Origin: Octopus sinensis
Taxonomy: Eukaryota
DNA: 64,000 nucleotides
NCBI RefSeq assembly: GCF_006345805.1
Contig: NC_043013.1
Coordinates: 41,912,001-41,976,000 of the forward strand
Direction of reading: 5' to 3'
Below are positions 42,013 to 53,454 of the stretch, piece after piece. The position numbers were made by a program, and so were the translations under genes. The stretch's first letter is position 1. The number at the start of each line of letters is the position of its first letter. The notes beneath the pieces are model-generated. The model did no database searches and was not told where the DNA came from. It saw nothing but the letters and a program-made list of their open reading frames with translations.

Positions 42013-42835
42013 AAAAAACGACTCTGAGAAATTCTATAACCATATGTAGCTCTGTAAATATACTCAGTTCGACAATATTGATTTCTTTCCCCCTATTTTC
42101 TTCTCAACGCTTTAGCCTTCGCTGCGCCAATAATATAATTCTCCACACAAGAGAATTCCTATTGTTTTCTAATAATTCAGTTTGTGATGAAAAAAACCCA
42201 GTTGTTTGATAACCCAATAGGTGCATCATTTAACGGGGTTAATTTGTATGTAAATATCGGCATTGATATCTTCGCCTTCCTGCACAAAAATTCCCTACTT
42301 TACAATTTGGCCTTTATAGAAACAATGGGCTCTTAGTCTAAGTCACATGTAATATGGACGACTGGGAATAGGATAAGATTAGGAAAGATCTAATAAAATT
42401 ATTTGTTATAAGCTCATGGTTTCTTAGATATAACTCTAAACTTAGGAACAAGTATATTTAGTCATCACCAGAAACTTAATAAGACAGTAATTTATGAGAT
42501 AGAAAATTCTAATCATACGCTTAATATTCTTCAGAATTTAATTATTCTTATTTTCCATAGCCGCGGATGAGGCTACGTTTAAAACTGCTTTATATTACTG
42601 TAATGAAGTACTCTACAGTAGCGGCTTTTTGGATAAAATCTAGACTGGCTAGCCCCAAACATTCAGATGCAGAAATAAAAAGAGGAAAAGTTATGGTGTT
42701 ATCTAATTCTCAGCGTAAATGTAAAATCCAACATGACTAACGAATCCTTTAATTTACTCTCCTTTCACTTCGCAACGGAGCATAGCGTAAGATATTTAGC
42801 AGAACGGCACTCAAAGTTAGCTATTCTATCTAAGA

Positions 42836-43302
42836 ATATAGAAAAAAGTGAAAGGGGTACAGTTAACTTGCCGTGAGGAGTGGAATATCCAACGTTTCGG
42901 ATGCAATCCTTTGTCGGGGGCAGAGAAAAAGAGAAGAAAAGGAGAAAAAAGTCAGACAGAGTTTACATCCTCTCAGCTTGAAAAATTGGCTGCAACTGAT
43001 AGTAGACGCAGAATAACACGGTCTGCTAACGTGAAACAGAAGTTATAGGATTTATACATTGGAGAAACAGGGCGACATCTTGGGGATCGCTTTCGTGAAC
43101 ACACCACAAGCTAATTTTCAAGCTGAGAGGATGTAAACTCTGTTTGATCTATTTTTCTCTTTTCTTCTCTTTTTTTCTGCCCCTCTGACGAAGGATTGAA
43201 TCCGAAACGTTGGATATTCCACTCCTCACGGCGAATTCACTGCACCCCTTTCATTTTTTTCTATATTTTTTCAAGCCTTGCCGACGCAGATCATTGCCTG
43301 AT
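42836..43302 (+). mobile_element. Non-autonomous Penelope-like foldback: inverted pseudo-LTRs with hammerhead motifs around a GIY-YIG fragment
   Basis: Arms ~42836-42991 and 43109-43266. Spacer encodes LYIGETGRHLGDRFREH (43052-43102). TSD TATTCT(A/G)TCTAAGA at 42822-42835 and 43303-43316. Confidence 0.85.
43181..43213 (+). ncRNA. Minimal hammerhead ribozyme motif of Penelope type
   Basis: CCCT-CTGACGA-A-GGAT-TGA-ATCC-GAAA-CG-TT-GG. A mutated mirror copy lies on the minus strand at ~42889-42922. Confidence 0.65.
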
Positions 43303-44180
43303 TATTCTGTCTAAGAGCTTGGCTTCCTCTGTTAATAACTATAATTCAAAAAGGCTTTTCAATATCAGCAGTAATGTTTCACTGTAATTATAATGTTTTC
43401 TTAATAGAAATTGCCTGCAAAAAGTAGTGAACGTTACGAGAGTTATACTACAGAAGATAAAATGCAGTCCTAAATCGTGCATTAACTAAACAGAAAATAA
43501 ATTCAAGATGAGTTCTTCCAAGAAAAGAATATCTTTAAACTACTCGAGAAAGTTTTTCACATGCTATACTCGATTTTCGAATAAATCCTGCACACTTCCT
43601 TTCAAAATTCAGGGGCTGGCCCTTACGCTCATGCTTCCCACTCTTCAAATACGAGGTGTGCTTTATTTTTAAAGGAAAACCTCATTTTATTCTAGGAGCC
43701 ACATGCAATGAATAAAAAATTTCAAACTGTTAAAATTCTTGCAGACATATATCGAAGTACTAACTGTGTAACTTTTTTTTACTGCATAATAACCGGAGTC
43801 TATTGAACTGTCCCATTCAAATATTGGGTCTTAAACGCTGTCTTAATTGATATTTTATTGATTCTTTACAATCTATCGAAACGGAAGAATTTTATCATTT
43901 TTTTTTCATTATTTATTTGTTGTTTTCACTTTATTCATTTTATCTCCCTCACACGTTTTAACTATTTACGACTATACGCTGAACATTTACATGTTTTAAA
44001 CATTTTCCAATATTTTAAATTGACTTCACCCTAGTTTGTACACTTTTAATATTTTCAAGACGTCCATACTCGCTTCCGCGTATCTCTTAATACTCTGCTT
44101 CTCTATTTTAATTTTTTCGATATTTTTATTTTGTACGTTGATAGTGGACATATTTTCTACAACTTTGGACGATTTGTCTA

Positions 44181-44181
<1 letters not shown>

Positions 44182-44211
<30 letters not shown>

Positions 44212-44239
44212 TTACTACTACTATTACTACTACTACTAT

Positions 44240-44277
<38 letters not shown>

Positions 44278-44284
44278 TTACTAT

Positions 44285-44331
<47 letters not shown>

Positions 44332-44332
44332 T

Positions 44333-44373
<41 letters not shown>

Positions 44374-44500
44374 TTTCAGTTTCTTTTCTTTCCTTCCGCT
44401 TACTCTTCCTACTCTTCATATCATTCTCTTTAACGTCTCTCTTTTACTCCTCTCTGCTTGCTTTTTATGTTCTCCCCGTCAACCTTTCCCCACCTCCCTT

Positions 44501-44537
<37 letters not shown>

Positions 44538-44680
44538 CTCTCTCTGAACTATCTTGTCTCTTGTTCTTACATTCTGTTTTCGTTCCAGTTAGTTTCCGCC
44601 TCCTCCTCCCCATCAACCTCCTCCTAATCCTCGTCCCCTTTTTCTCCTTCTTCTCCTCTTTCCCCCTTCTCCTCCTCCTC
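44182..44680. repeat. (CTT)n(CTA)n and CT-rich microsatellites
   Basis: Directly visible. Produces the spurious poly-F/poly-Y ORF. Confidence 0.95.
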
Positions 44681-44714
44681 GAAAGACTGTTTTACGCAAC
44701 TTTTTCAACGTCTT

Positions 44715-44900
44715 TATTTCTACAAGTTCTGGCCACCTATAAAACAAGAAATGATTCGAAAGTGATAAGTCAGGTGAATATGACGGGGAAGAGGTAGAAT
44801 GTAGGAAAACTCACCCTCCTAATTAATAATCTTGTCTTTTCCTTGATTTGTGTTATAGAGTGAACCCTTGCAATGTTATGTTGGAGAATAACACCATTTA
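44715..44900 (-). mobile_element. mariner transposase fragment
   Basis: GVILQHNIARVHS (cf. HDNARPH) and YSPDLSLSNHFLF. Confidence 0.7.
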
Positions 44901-44929
44901 TTGTTTACCAAACCAGGTCGCTTTCAGTC

Positions 44930-45079
44930 TAATAAGACAGTCATTTATGAGATAGAAAATTCCAATCATACGCTTGGTATTCTTCAGAATTTAATTATTC
45001 TTATTTTCCATAGCCGCGGATGAGGCTACGTTTAAAACTGCTTTATATTACTGTAATGAAGTACTCTACAATAGCGGCT
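44930..45079 (+). repeat. 150-bp direct copy of 42477-42626
   Basis: About five substitutions over 150 bp, compared by eye. Confidence 0.92.
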
Positions 45080-46019
45080 AGGGAAGAAACCCACATTAGC
45101 GAAGAAACCCACATTAGCAGGTGGGTTTCTTCCCTAGTCAGAAAAAACCCGGATCTTTCAAGTTAAGTAAGTGATATGAAAATAATGTCGATTGCTAATC
45201 AGGTAAGCTTAGTTAAGCTAAAATCAGCTTATAAAAACAGGAACGAGAACAACAGATAGACGAACAAGTTACTGACTGACGTAGGAGAGGTAACTGACAG
45301 ATACAAACTCAGTCATGCGTTTACAACAGACGCCATCCCCTATTAGTCAGAACCGCTGAATATGACGAGTCTACAACGAGAAGTACTCTAACTCCTACTA
45401 GCATAAGGCTACGCTACGGCAACTGACTCTCGTATTTATCGATCGCCCTCTCTCGTTTCCTCTCACAATCTCTCCCCCATCTACACCACCTCACAAGTTG
45501 TTCGACTAAATTTCTAAACGAGCAGAACTTTCCAACGTTACTTTGTTGATCTCTTTCCTTCAGACCGTCATGTTCCATACAAACTATTAATGATAAAATA
45601 GAGGGTGAATTGAAAACCAATGACTTCTCTTCTTATATACCCAACATTCCAATTTCTTCATTCTAGGTGGCTAGAAAATCGTCTTATTGATAAAACACGA
45701 GCACGTCACGGTCTATAAAAAATATACATAATATATATTAATTTAAATATACAACCATAAGAGCTACTAATAGTTTCATGCTTTTATGATACTTGATCAG
45801 ACGTATTCATAAAATACGGCATGGACCCTAAAACAATCTTTCAGGTTCTGTTTATATGTTATAAATATTTTTAAAACAAGGACGCCGGACAGAAAAAAAA
45901 CTATAGAAAAAACGTGAAGAAAGTTGGTGAAAAAATGGAACGACAAAAAAGAGCCAATAGAGGACAATAAAACGAACAGAAGGCGATATAAAGGCGAACA
46001 GGAGAAACAATAGGACTTT

Positions 46020-46063
46020 AGCGATGTTGGGGGGGACAACACACACACACACACATACACACA

Positions 46064-46133
<70 letters not shown>

Positions 46134-46282
46134 CGACGGGCTTCTTTCACTTTCCGTCTACCAAATCTACTCACAAGGCTTTGGTCGGCCCGAAGCTATA
46201 GTAGATGACACTTGTCCAAGGTGCCACGCAGTGGGACTGAACCCGGGACCATGTGGTTGGGAAGTAAGCCACTCCTGCGCCT
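46020..46282 (-). mobile_element. SINE A, 3'-truncated
   Basis: Head, body and internal (CA)n. Confidence 0.85.
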
Positions 46283-46411
46283 ATATAGATATATATATAT
46301 ACACTCACACGCACACACATACATACACATATATTTGTATGTTTGTGTATATGTATACACACGCATACACACACACACATATATGTATATATGTGTGTGT
46401 GTGTGTGGTGT

Positions 46412-46794
<383 letters not shown>

Positions 46795-47067
46795 ACCCAT
46801 ATATCATACTCAGCTACACTCTGTAGATAGGCTAGTTACCGGAGTATTTAACCTGAAATAACATATCTTATGGACTTGCTGTGTTAAAAGCACAGCAAAC
46901 ATCAGAAAGAGACGAAAATTGGTCCCGGCAGTTGCCGGCGAGAGAATCAGATTTATTTCGACTATTTTGTGTCCTTTAAATGGTGCATACACTCACCCAG
47001 CCACTTTCCCGAACGAGGACTTCTCGTCGCTGATATAGGAAAAAGTGAAAGAAACATCCACTTACGC

Positions 47068-47758
47068 TGTGGTGAGACTACGACACCCTCTGACGAGAAT
47101 AGACGGGACGACTACATATAAATAGTAGCGGTCTGACGTAGTCGGCAGTTAGTATCCATTTGTCCCTTGTATTGTCGCCTCTTTGTTTAACGCTTGTGGT
47201 TCCAATAAAATCATCGTAGTTTGGTCTCCGAAGAAAATACCGGTTGTTGGTTCGTAAAAGATTGTTGGTTTGTTACGTGTTTGTTACAGTCGCCATTTCT
47301 ATTTTATATTGTTACTAGCAGTATTGCCCGGCGTTGCTCGGGTTTGTAAGGGAAATAACTATATAAGCATTTTTAGAGATGTAAAGTATAATATCCATCT
47401 CAATATGGCTAACCACAAAGGGGGGTGTTACTGTAGCTTTTTACATTCTGAGATTTAATAATACATTTTTAGAGAGTTACTTCCCTTATATAATAGCAAA
47501 AAATGCATTAAAAATGGAAAAAAATGATGGTAATTTTTTTTTTTAATCGTAGACTCATCGTAGACGCTAATACCCAGAAGGGCTCAATATGAATCACGAC
47601 TATAAGATACCCGCTTTTGGTTAAACTGAACCGCAAAATGTGGGAGTAGTTAGAAATCTAAATCGTAGGAGACAGACACACAACTTCACTTTTATATATA
47701 AAGATAACACTGTTACAGTGTTTTCTTTATCTATCGTCGACAATATCAACCGCACTAC
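47068..47758 (+). mobile_element. Possible solo-LTR-like segment interrupted by a Helitron
   Basis: Begins TGTGGTG, has TATAAATA (~47117) and AATAAA (~47204), possible end CACTACG. No TSD found. Confidence 0.3.
47315..47704 (-). mobile_element. Non-autonomous Helitron (390 bp)
   Basis: Minus strand 5'-TCTTTATATATAAAAGTGAAGTTGTGTGTCTGTC...CCCGAGCAACGCCGGG hairpin-CAATACTG-CTAG-3', between A47314 and T47705. Confidence 0.85.
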
Positions 47759-47864
47759 GGTATTGGAGGCATAGGGATATAACAACTTATGATGAGAATA
47801 GCCGCGTTTTGAGTCTACACCGTATACAGAGGTTATAAATATAAGGGATTCTGTAATTCAGGTA

Positions 47865-48060
47865 TCAAATTTTGAGACAATGCCAGCAACGTCGGTGGAG
47901 GGGGGACGTCGATTGCATCGGCGCCTGTGCTCAAAAGGTACTTATTTTAATGACCGGGAAAGGATGAAAATCAAAGTTAATCCCGGCGAGATGTGAACTC
48001 AGAACGTAAAGACGGACGAAATGCTTCTAAATAGTTACGATTCAGCCAGTTCGCCGCCTT
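47865..48060 (-). mobile_element. Old SINE B copy
   Basis: Diverged B core and head. Confidence 0.7.
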
Positions 48061-48275
48061 AAGTGATTCTATGATATTAAAACATTTTACCTGTGAACCA
48101 TCCACATCTCATGAGACAAGGGTTCAAAAGTAATGTATTTATATTCATAGTAATATAGATATTTATATTCATGAATTGTATGTGGCATGTAGTTTCGAAA
48201 CGCTCGTAACTAAAGAATTAAACGTAATACAATAAATTCTACTCTTCGACTTAAAGTATTATATTCCGCGACTAA

Positions 48276-49038
48276 GGCGGCGAGCTAGCAGAAGCGTTAG
48301 CACACCGGGCGAAATGTTTTGCGGTACTTCGTCTGCCGTTACGTTGTGAGTTCAAATTCCGCCGAGGTCGACTTTGCCTTTCATCCTTTCGGGGTCGATA
48401 AATTAAGTACCAGTTACGCACTGGGGTCGATGTAATCGACATAGTACCTATGTCTGTCTTTGTTTGTCCCCTCTATGTTTAGCCCCTTGTGGGTAATAAA
48501 GAAATAGGTATTTCGTCTGCCGTTACGTTCTGAGTTCAAATTCTGCCAAGGTCGACTTTGCCTTTCATCCTTTCGGGGTCGATAAATTAAGTACCAGTTA
48601 CGCACTGGGGTCGATGTAATCGACATAGTACCTATGTCTGTCTTTGTTTGTCCCCTCTATGTTTAGCCCCTTGTGGGTAATAAAGAAATAGGTATTTCGT
48701 CTGGCGTTACGTTCTGAGTTCAAATTCTGCCAAGGTCGACTTTGCCTTTCATCCTTTCGGTGTCGATAAATTAAGTACCAGTTACGCACTGGGGTCGATA
48801 TAATCGTCTTAATCGGTTTGTCTGTCCTTGTTTGTCCTCTTTGTGTTTAGCCCCTTATGGGTAGTAAAGAAATAGGTATTTCGTCTGCCGCTACGTTCTG
48901 AGTTCGAATTCCGCCGAGGTCGGCTTTGCCTTTCATCCTTTCGGGGTTGATAAATTAAGTACCAATTGCGTACTGGGGTCGATCTAATCGACTGACCCCC
49001 TCCCCCAAATTTCTGGCCTTGTGCCTAGAATAGAAAAG
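48276..49038 (+). mobile_element. SINE B tetramer with TSD
   Basis: One head; junctions AAAGAAATA|GGTATTTCG at 48506/7, 48690/1 and 48874/5 (period 184). TSD TT(A/G)TA(T/C)TCCGCGAC(T/C)AA at 48259-48275 and 49040-49056. Confidence 0.92.
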
Positions 49039-49277
49039 CTTGTACTCCGCGACCAATTTATGAGTCCTGGAATATCAGTTTGTATGGACGCTTTCTTTAA
49101 GATAAACCGTCTACTTAGATACAACCTGTTAGCCGGTATTCGCAGGAGTAATGAGTGAAAATATAGCTGAGATTTATTAAGAAATAAATGAAGTTAAAAT
49201 ACTGCACTGAGAATAAAGATTTATACTGCACTGAGAATAAAGATTTATTCAAACTTAAAAACATGATGCAAGGATTT

Positions 49278-49366
49278 AACGGTACATATGTTTCGGGCCT
49301 TTATTAGACGGTTTATAACAATGCATAATTGATGTAAATGTGTGTCTATTGCCTTCTTCAGCCGCG
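49278..49366 (-). ncRNA. Type I hammerhead-like motif with long loop II
   Basis: GCGG-CTGAAGA-AGGC-(~50 nt)-GCCC-GAAA-CATATG-TA-CCGT on the minus strand, with AATAAA downstream. Confidence 0.55.
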
Positions 49367-49484
49367 TACAATTACTACTTCAAGGACATGTATTACATTA
49401 TAAGTTTTACGTTGGAGCTGCAAATCCTCATAGTCGCGTACGACAGAGCGAGGCACCAGAACAAAATCAAAGCGTCCATCTCGT

Positions 49485-49567
<83 letters not shown>

Positions 49568-49574
49568 ATGTAAA

Positions 49575-49760
49575 CGAAGGGGTGCTGAAAATGTTCCTGG
49601 TTTTAAGGATATTGTGAAAGGCTTGGTTGGACGCCTAAACTTTCCGAGTTCTTTTACAGGGCTTAGAAAAAGTAAAGGACCGATACAATAAGTGTGTGAA
49701 TCTAAAAGGGGAACATGTTCAATAAAATCATAATTAACTAATCCTCTTGTATTTTCTTTC
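49575..49760 (+). mobile_element. mariner-derived MITE, partial second copy
   Basis: Inverse of 41322-41541. Retains ...LEKVKDRYNKCVNLKGEHVQ*. Confidence 0.72.
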
Positions 49761-50177
49761 TTGCTTTCTTCCAAAAATGTTATGATCTAGCTTCGAGCTT
49801 TGGGACCATCCAATTTTGAACAGTCTCAAGAGTAACAGACCGAAACTGTAATGATAATTGGAAACTTGACTGATGAATAGAAGGCCACAAATGATCTGTC
49901 CTTGTTTTTTCCTGTCCGTCTTTGTATCATCTGTCTGTTCGTATGTTTTTATTGTCGTCCGTTACGTTCTTATTTCATTTTTTGGAGTTGTGTCAGTATG
50001 TGTGTGTGTGTGTATACGCGTGCGTCGAGATTCAACACAGTTTCCGTCAACTAAATCGACCCGGAGCGATGGAAGAAGAAACTTGCTCAAAAGGATGCCG
50101 TGCAATGCAATTGAACTTGAAATCACATGATTGTAAGCGAGCTTCTTAAGCACACAGCCATAAGTGAGAATGAATGA

Positions 50178-50231
<54 letters not shown>

Positions 50232-50562
50232 TGTGGTGTGTGTGTGTGTGTGGTGTGTGTGTGTCTGTGTCTGTGTGTGTGTGCGCGCGTGTGTGTGTGT
50301 GTACATACGTTATTTCACATATCAGAAAAGCACCGTCAGGATAGCCAGTGCAGGCAGTATAAACCCTGAATGAAAATTTTAAAAAAAACCCAAAAAAACG
50401 CGAATGCTAATTACCAAATTTAGAACATACATACTTTCTAATTCATTATAAATATGCAAATTTAATGCATGAAATTCGATACATTATTCAGTAATAAAAA
50501 AACTAACAACTATTTTGATAATAAATGAGTACAGTACCCGCATTATTTCAAGTTCACAGCAT

Positions 50563-50649
<87 letters not shown>

Positions 50650-51355
50650 TTATATTTTACTACACGTAGCGCTATTAAACTCCGGTAACATGATTTCAGC
50701 TGTATAATATATCAAATGCAGACTCGTAAAAGTACAATAATTTCTGCCTTTCCTGCGTATCGTTAAAGTAACGGCCTATGTTATGTGTGTTTTGCTGTAT
50801 TGTGTTTATGTTTGTCTCTGTCGATTGAAGTAATCTTCAGAAGCATTTTTATTTCATGTTGAGTGTATATAAAATTGCAATACTGTTAAACCTAAACACA
50901 CACACACATATATGTATATATATATATGAATTTAATTATGTATTTATAATTATATTCATATAAGCGTGTGTGTGTGTGGTGTGTGTGTGTGTATAAATAC
51001 GACTGCATAAAAACGTCTGTGCAGTTATTATGTTGCATATATATTAGTGTTTATGCTAGTTTAATAAGGTTTGTTTACAGACGTCTGTCGGAACGTCCTT
51101 CTCAGCCATTTATAATTTCTCTAGATGTGTGAGTACATGTGTATATGTACACGTGTATATATGTGTGTATTTATATGTGTGTATGTATGTATGTATGTAT
51201 GTATGTACGTATACACATACATATATGTGTATTTCAATATTTATTAAGAAATATTCTTCGTTATCAAAATACTTTAAGATGTTGTCGCGTAATATTAACG
51301 CATTCTGTTATTTTGTTGACAATTTACTTTATCATTGCTTCTTGCAATGATAAAT

Positions 51356-51442
<87 letters not shown>

Positions 51443-51524
51443 CTATATATATAAATATACACATACAATTACATAATGTATGCATGTATGTATGTATGTA
51501 CGCATGTATGTATGTATGTATATT

Positions 51525-51713
51525 CGCCATGATAGATCAGTAGCCACTACACACATTTTTCTCTCCTTGTTTTCTTTCTGTGTCCCTTTCTGTGGAAGAG
51601 CGTAGGCTTGAAACGTTAAAGACTTTTTCAATTCCCGAGCGTTATACTAATACATCTGTTTGTTTTCTACACCACCTGTCTTCGTCTTTTGTTTTTTTCG
51701 TGAATTCTCCCTA
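51525..51713 (+). mobile_element. Penelope pseudo-LTR-like short repeat with degenerate hammerhead, ending in (TA)n
   Basis: CTTT-CTGTGGA-A-GAGC-GTAG-GCTT-GAAA-CG-TT-AAAG. Further copies at 55021-55393 and 30540-30735; a relative at 39330-39520. Confidence 0.65.
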
Positions 51714-51754
51714 TATATATATATATATATATATAATACACGCTCGCGCATATA

Positions 51755-53441
51755 CACACTGCGCATTCGAGAAGTTCTGAGTCTTTTTTGGGAGAGATAA
51801 TTTATTATTTTCTAAGAAGTACAGAATTCTAATCTCCTACAAAGTATGATCTTCTGACTTCAAAGTACTTGTTTTAGCACACCAGCAACTTGGTGAAGAC
51901 CTCAAGGATCTTCCAAAGTGAAGGTTCCAGGACCCACACAGCCTCTTTCATCTTCTCATTGCCTTCAAAACGGCTGCTCCTCATGGTTCTCCATCATCTT
52001 GGCGAACAAAGGCCGGACTGTAGGGGAAATGTGAATGAGGGACAGTTCTGATGCCAGTTTCTGTCAGGTATTTGGTTTCCAAGATGGAACTGTGGACTGC
52101 GGATTGTCCTGCAAGTGCCATTTGTCCTTTTGCGACGAAATTTCTTTCTGAACTCTGTCAAAACCGCCACAAAATACTCTTTCTTGGCCGTCTGGCCAGA
52201 AGGAACCCAGTGGGTGTACATGATGCCCTTGCTGTGAAAAAAATGGGATTATCATGAGCTTCCCGGTGAACTTGCTTTGCTTAGCTTTCTTGTGTCTGGG
52301 GGAGCCAGGATGTTTCATTGGTTACTCAGTTTCTTGATCCCTGGATCATAGCAGTTGATCCAGCTTTTCGTCACTAGTCAGCAGAGACTCGAGAATTTTT
52401 GAATTGGATGTAATCCACTCAACCATCTCCCTGCAGTCACCAGCGCCTCTTTCCTTCTTTTCGTCACTAGGTACCCTGAGGACAAACTTCGCATAAGTTC
52501 TGCACATGCTCAGATCTTCATAAACAATACTGTGTACAGTTGTCACACCAACTCTAAACTGTGTGCTTATTGTCTTTATAGACACACGAGGGTCTTCATC
52601 TAGAAAATAAAGAATTTTCTCAACCATCTCTGATGTTCCTACGTCCCCTTGCCCCAACTTCTCTCATCGTTTCTCACTTCCTCCCTACCATCCTCGGATC
52701 TCTTGCGCCAGTGAGAAACAGATGCTCGGCTCACACAAGATAATCCAAAAGTAGTCTGGAGCATTCCATAAGTTTCTGTGCCGTTTATGTCCATTTTAGT
52801 ACCAAAACTTTATTGCATGGCGGGCTTCTAAATTGACTTCACGTCCCGACAGCATTCTGCAAATGATTCAGCTTCAATCTGGAATGAAAAAGTTGGCAGG
52901 TCAGCTTATTAGATAAATAGTAATGACATATAGTAATGATATATATAGTAATGATATATATAGTAATGATATATATAATAATGATATATAGTAATGATAT
53001 ATATAGTAATGATATATATAGTAATGATATATAGTAATGATATATATAGTAATGATATATATAATAATGATATATAGTAATGATATATATAGTAATGATA
53101 TATATATAATAATGATATATAGTAATGATATATATAGTAATGATATATATAATAATGATATATGGTAATGATATATAGAGTAATGATATATATAATAATG
53201 ATATATATAGTAATGATATATATAGTAATGATATACATAGTAATGATATATATAGTAATGATATATAGTAATGATATATATAGTAATGATATATATAATA
53301 ATGATATATATAGTAATGATATATATATTAATGATATATATAATAATGATATATATAGTAATGATATATAGTAATGACTGTAATCTGGGTCTATTATAAC
53401 TGCCTCTGATGAAAGTGTGAAACCTTCTGGAATGCACCTCG
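51755..53441 (-). mobile_element. Decayed near-full-length mariner element
   Basis: EARHAIKF..ETYGMLQTTFG, DEDPRVSIKTIS...AKFVLRVP, LLTSDE, PGSPRHKKAKQSKFTGKLMIIPFF, HWVPSGQT..KEYF, HLQDN. Terminus ...GAATGCACCTCG-TA at 53441. Confidence 0.85.
52918..53376. repeat. Minisatellite TAGTAATGA(TA)2-4, about 30 units
   Basis: Directly visible; unit length 13-17 bp. Confidence 0.95.
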
Positions 53442-53454
53442 TACATCTATAAGC

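Larger units (their letters stand above)
42050..43645 (+). mobile_element. Decayed Penelope-like element (Naiad-type RT-thumb-linker)
   Basis: Hand translation across frameshifts: QFGLYRNNGL (cf. YRDDGL), DKIRKDLIKLF, FLDITLNL, KLNKTVIY...SNH..NILQNL, FKTALYYCNEVLYSSGF, SVNVKSN, KIFSRTALKVSYS, then after an insertion SLASSVNNYNSKRL and LNRNCLQKVV. Confidence 0.75.

Noticed and set aside
48276-49038. Regularly spaced repeats as a CRISPR array
   Set aside because: Contiguous 184-bp SINE units with no unique spacers, in a eukaryotic context with no cas genes.
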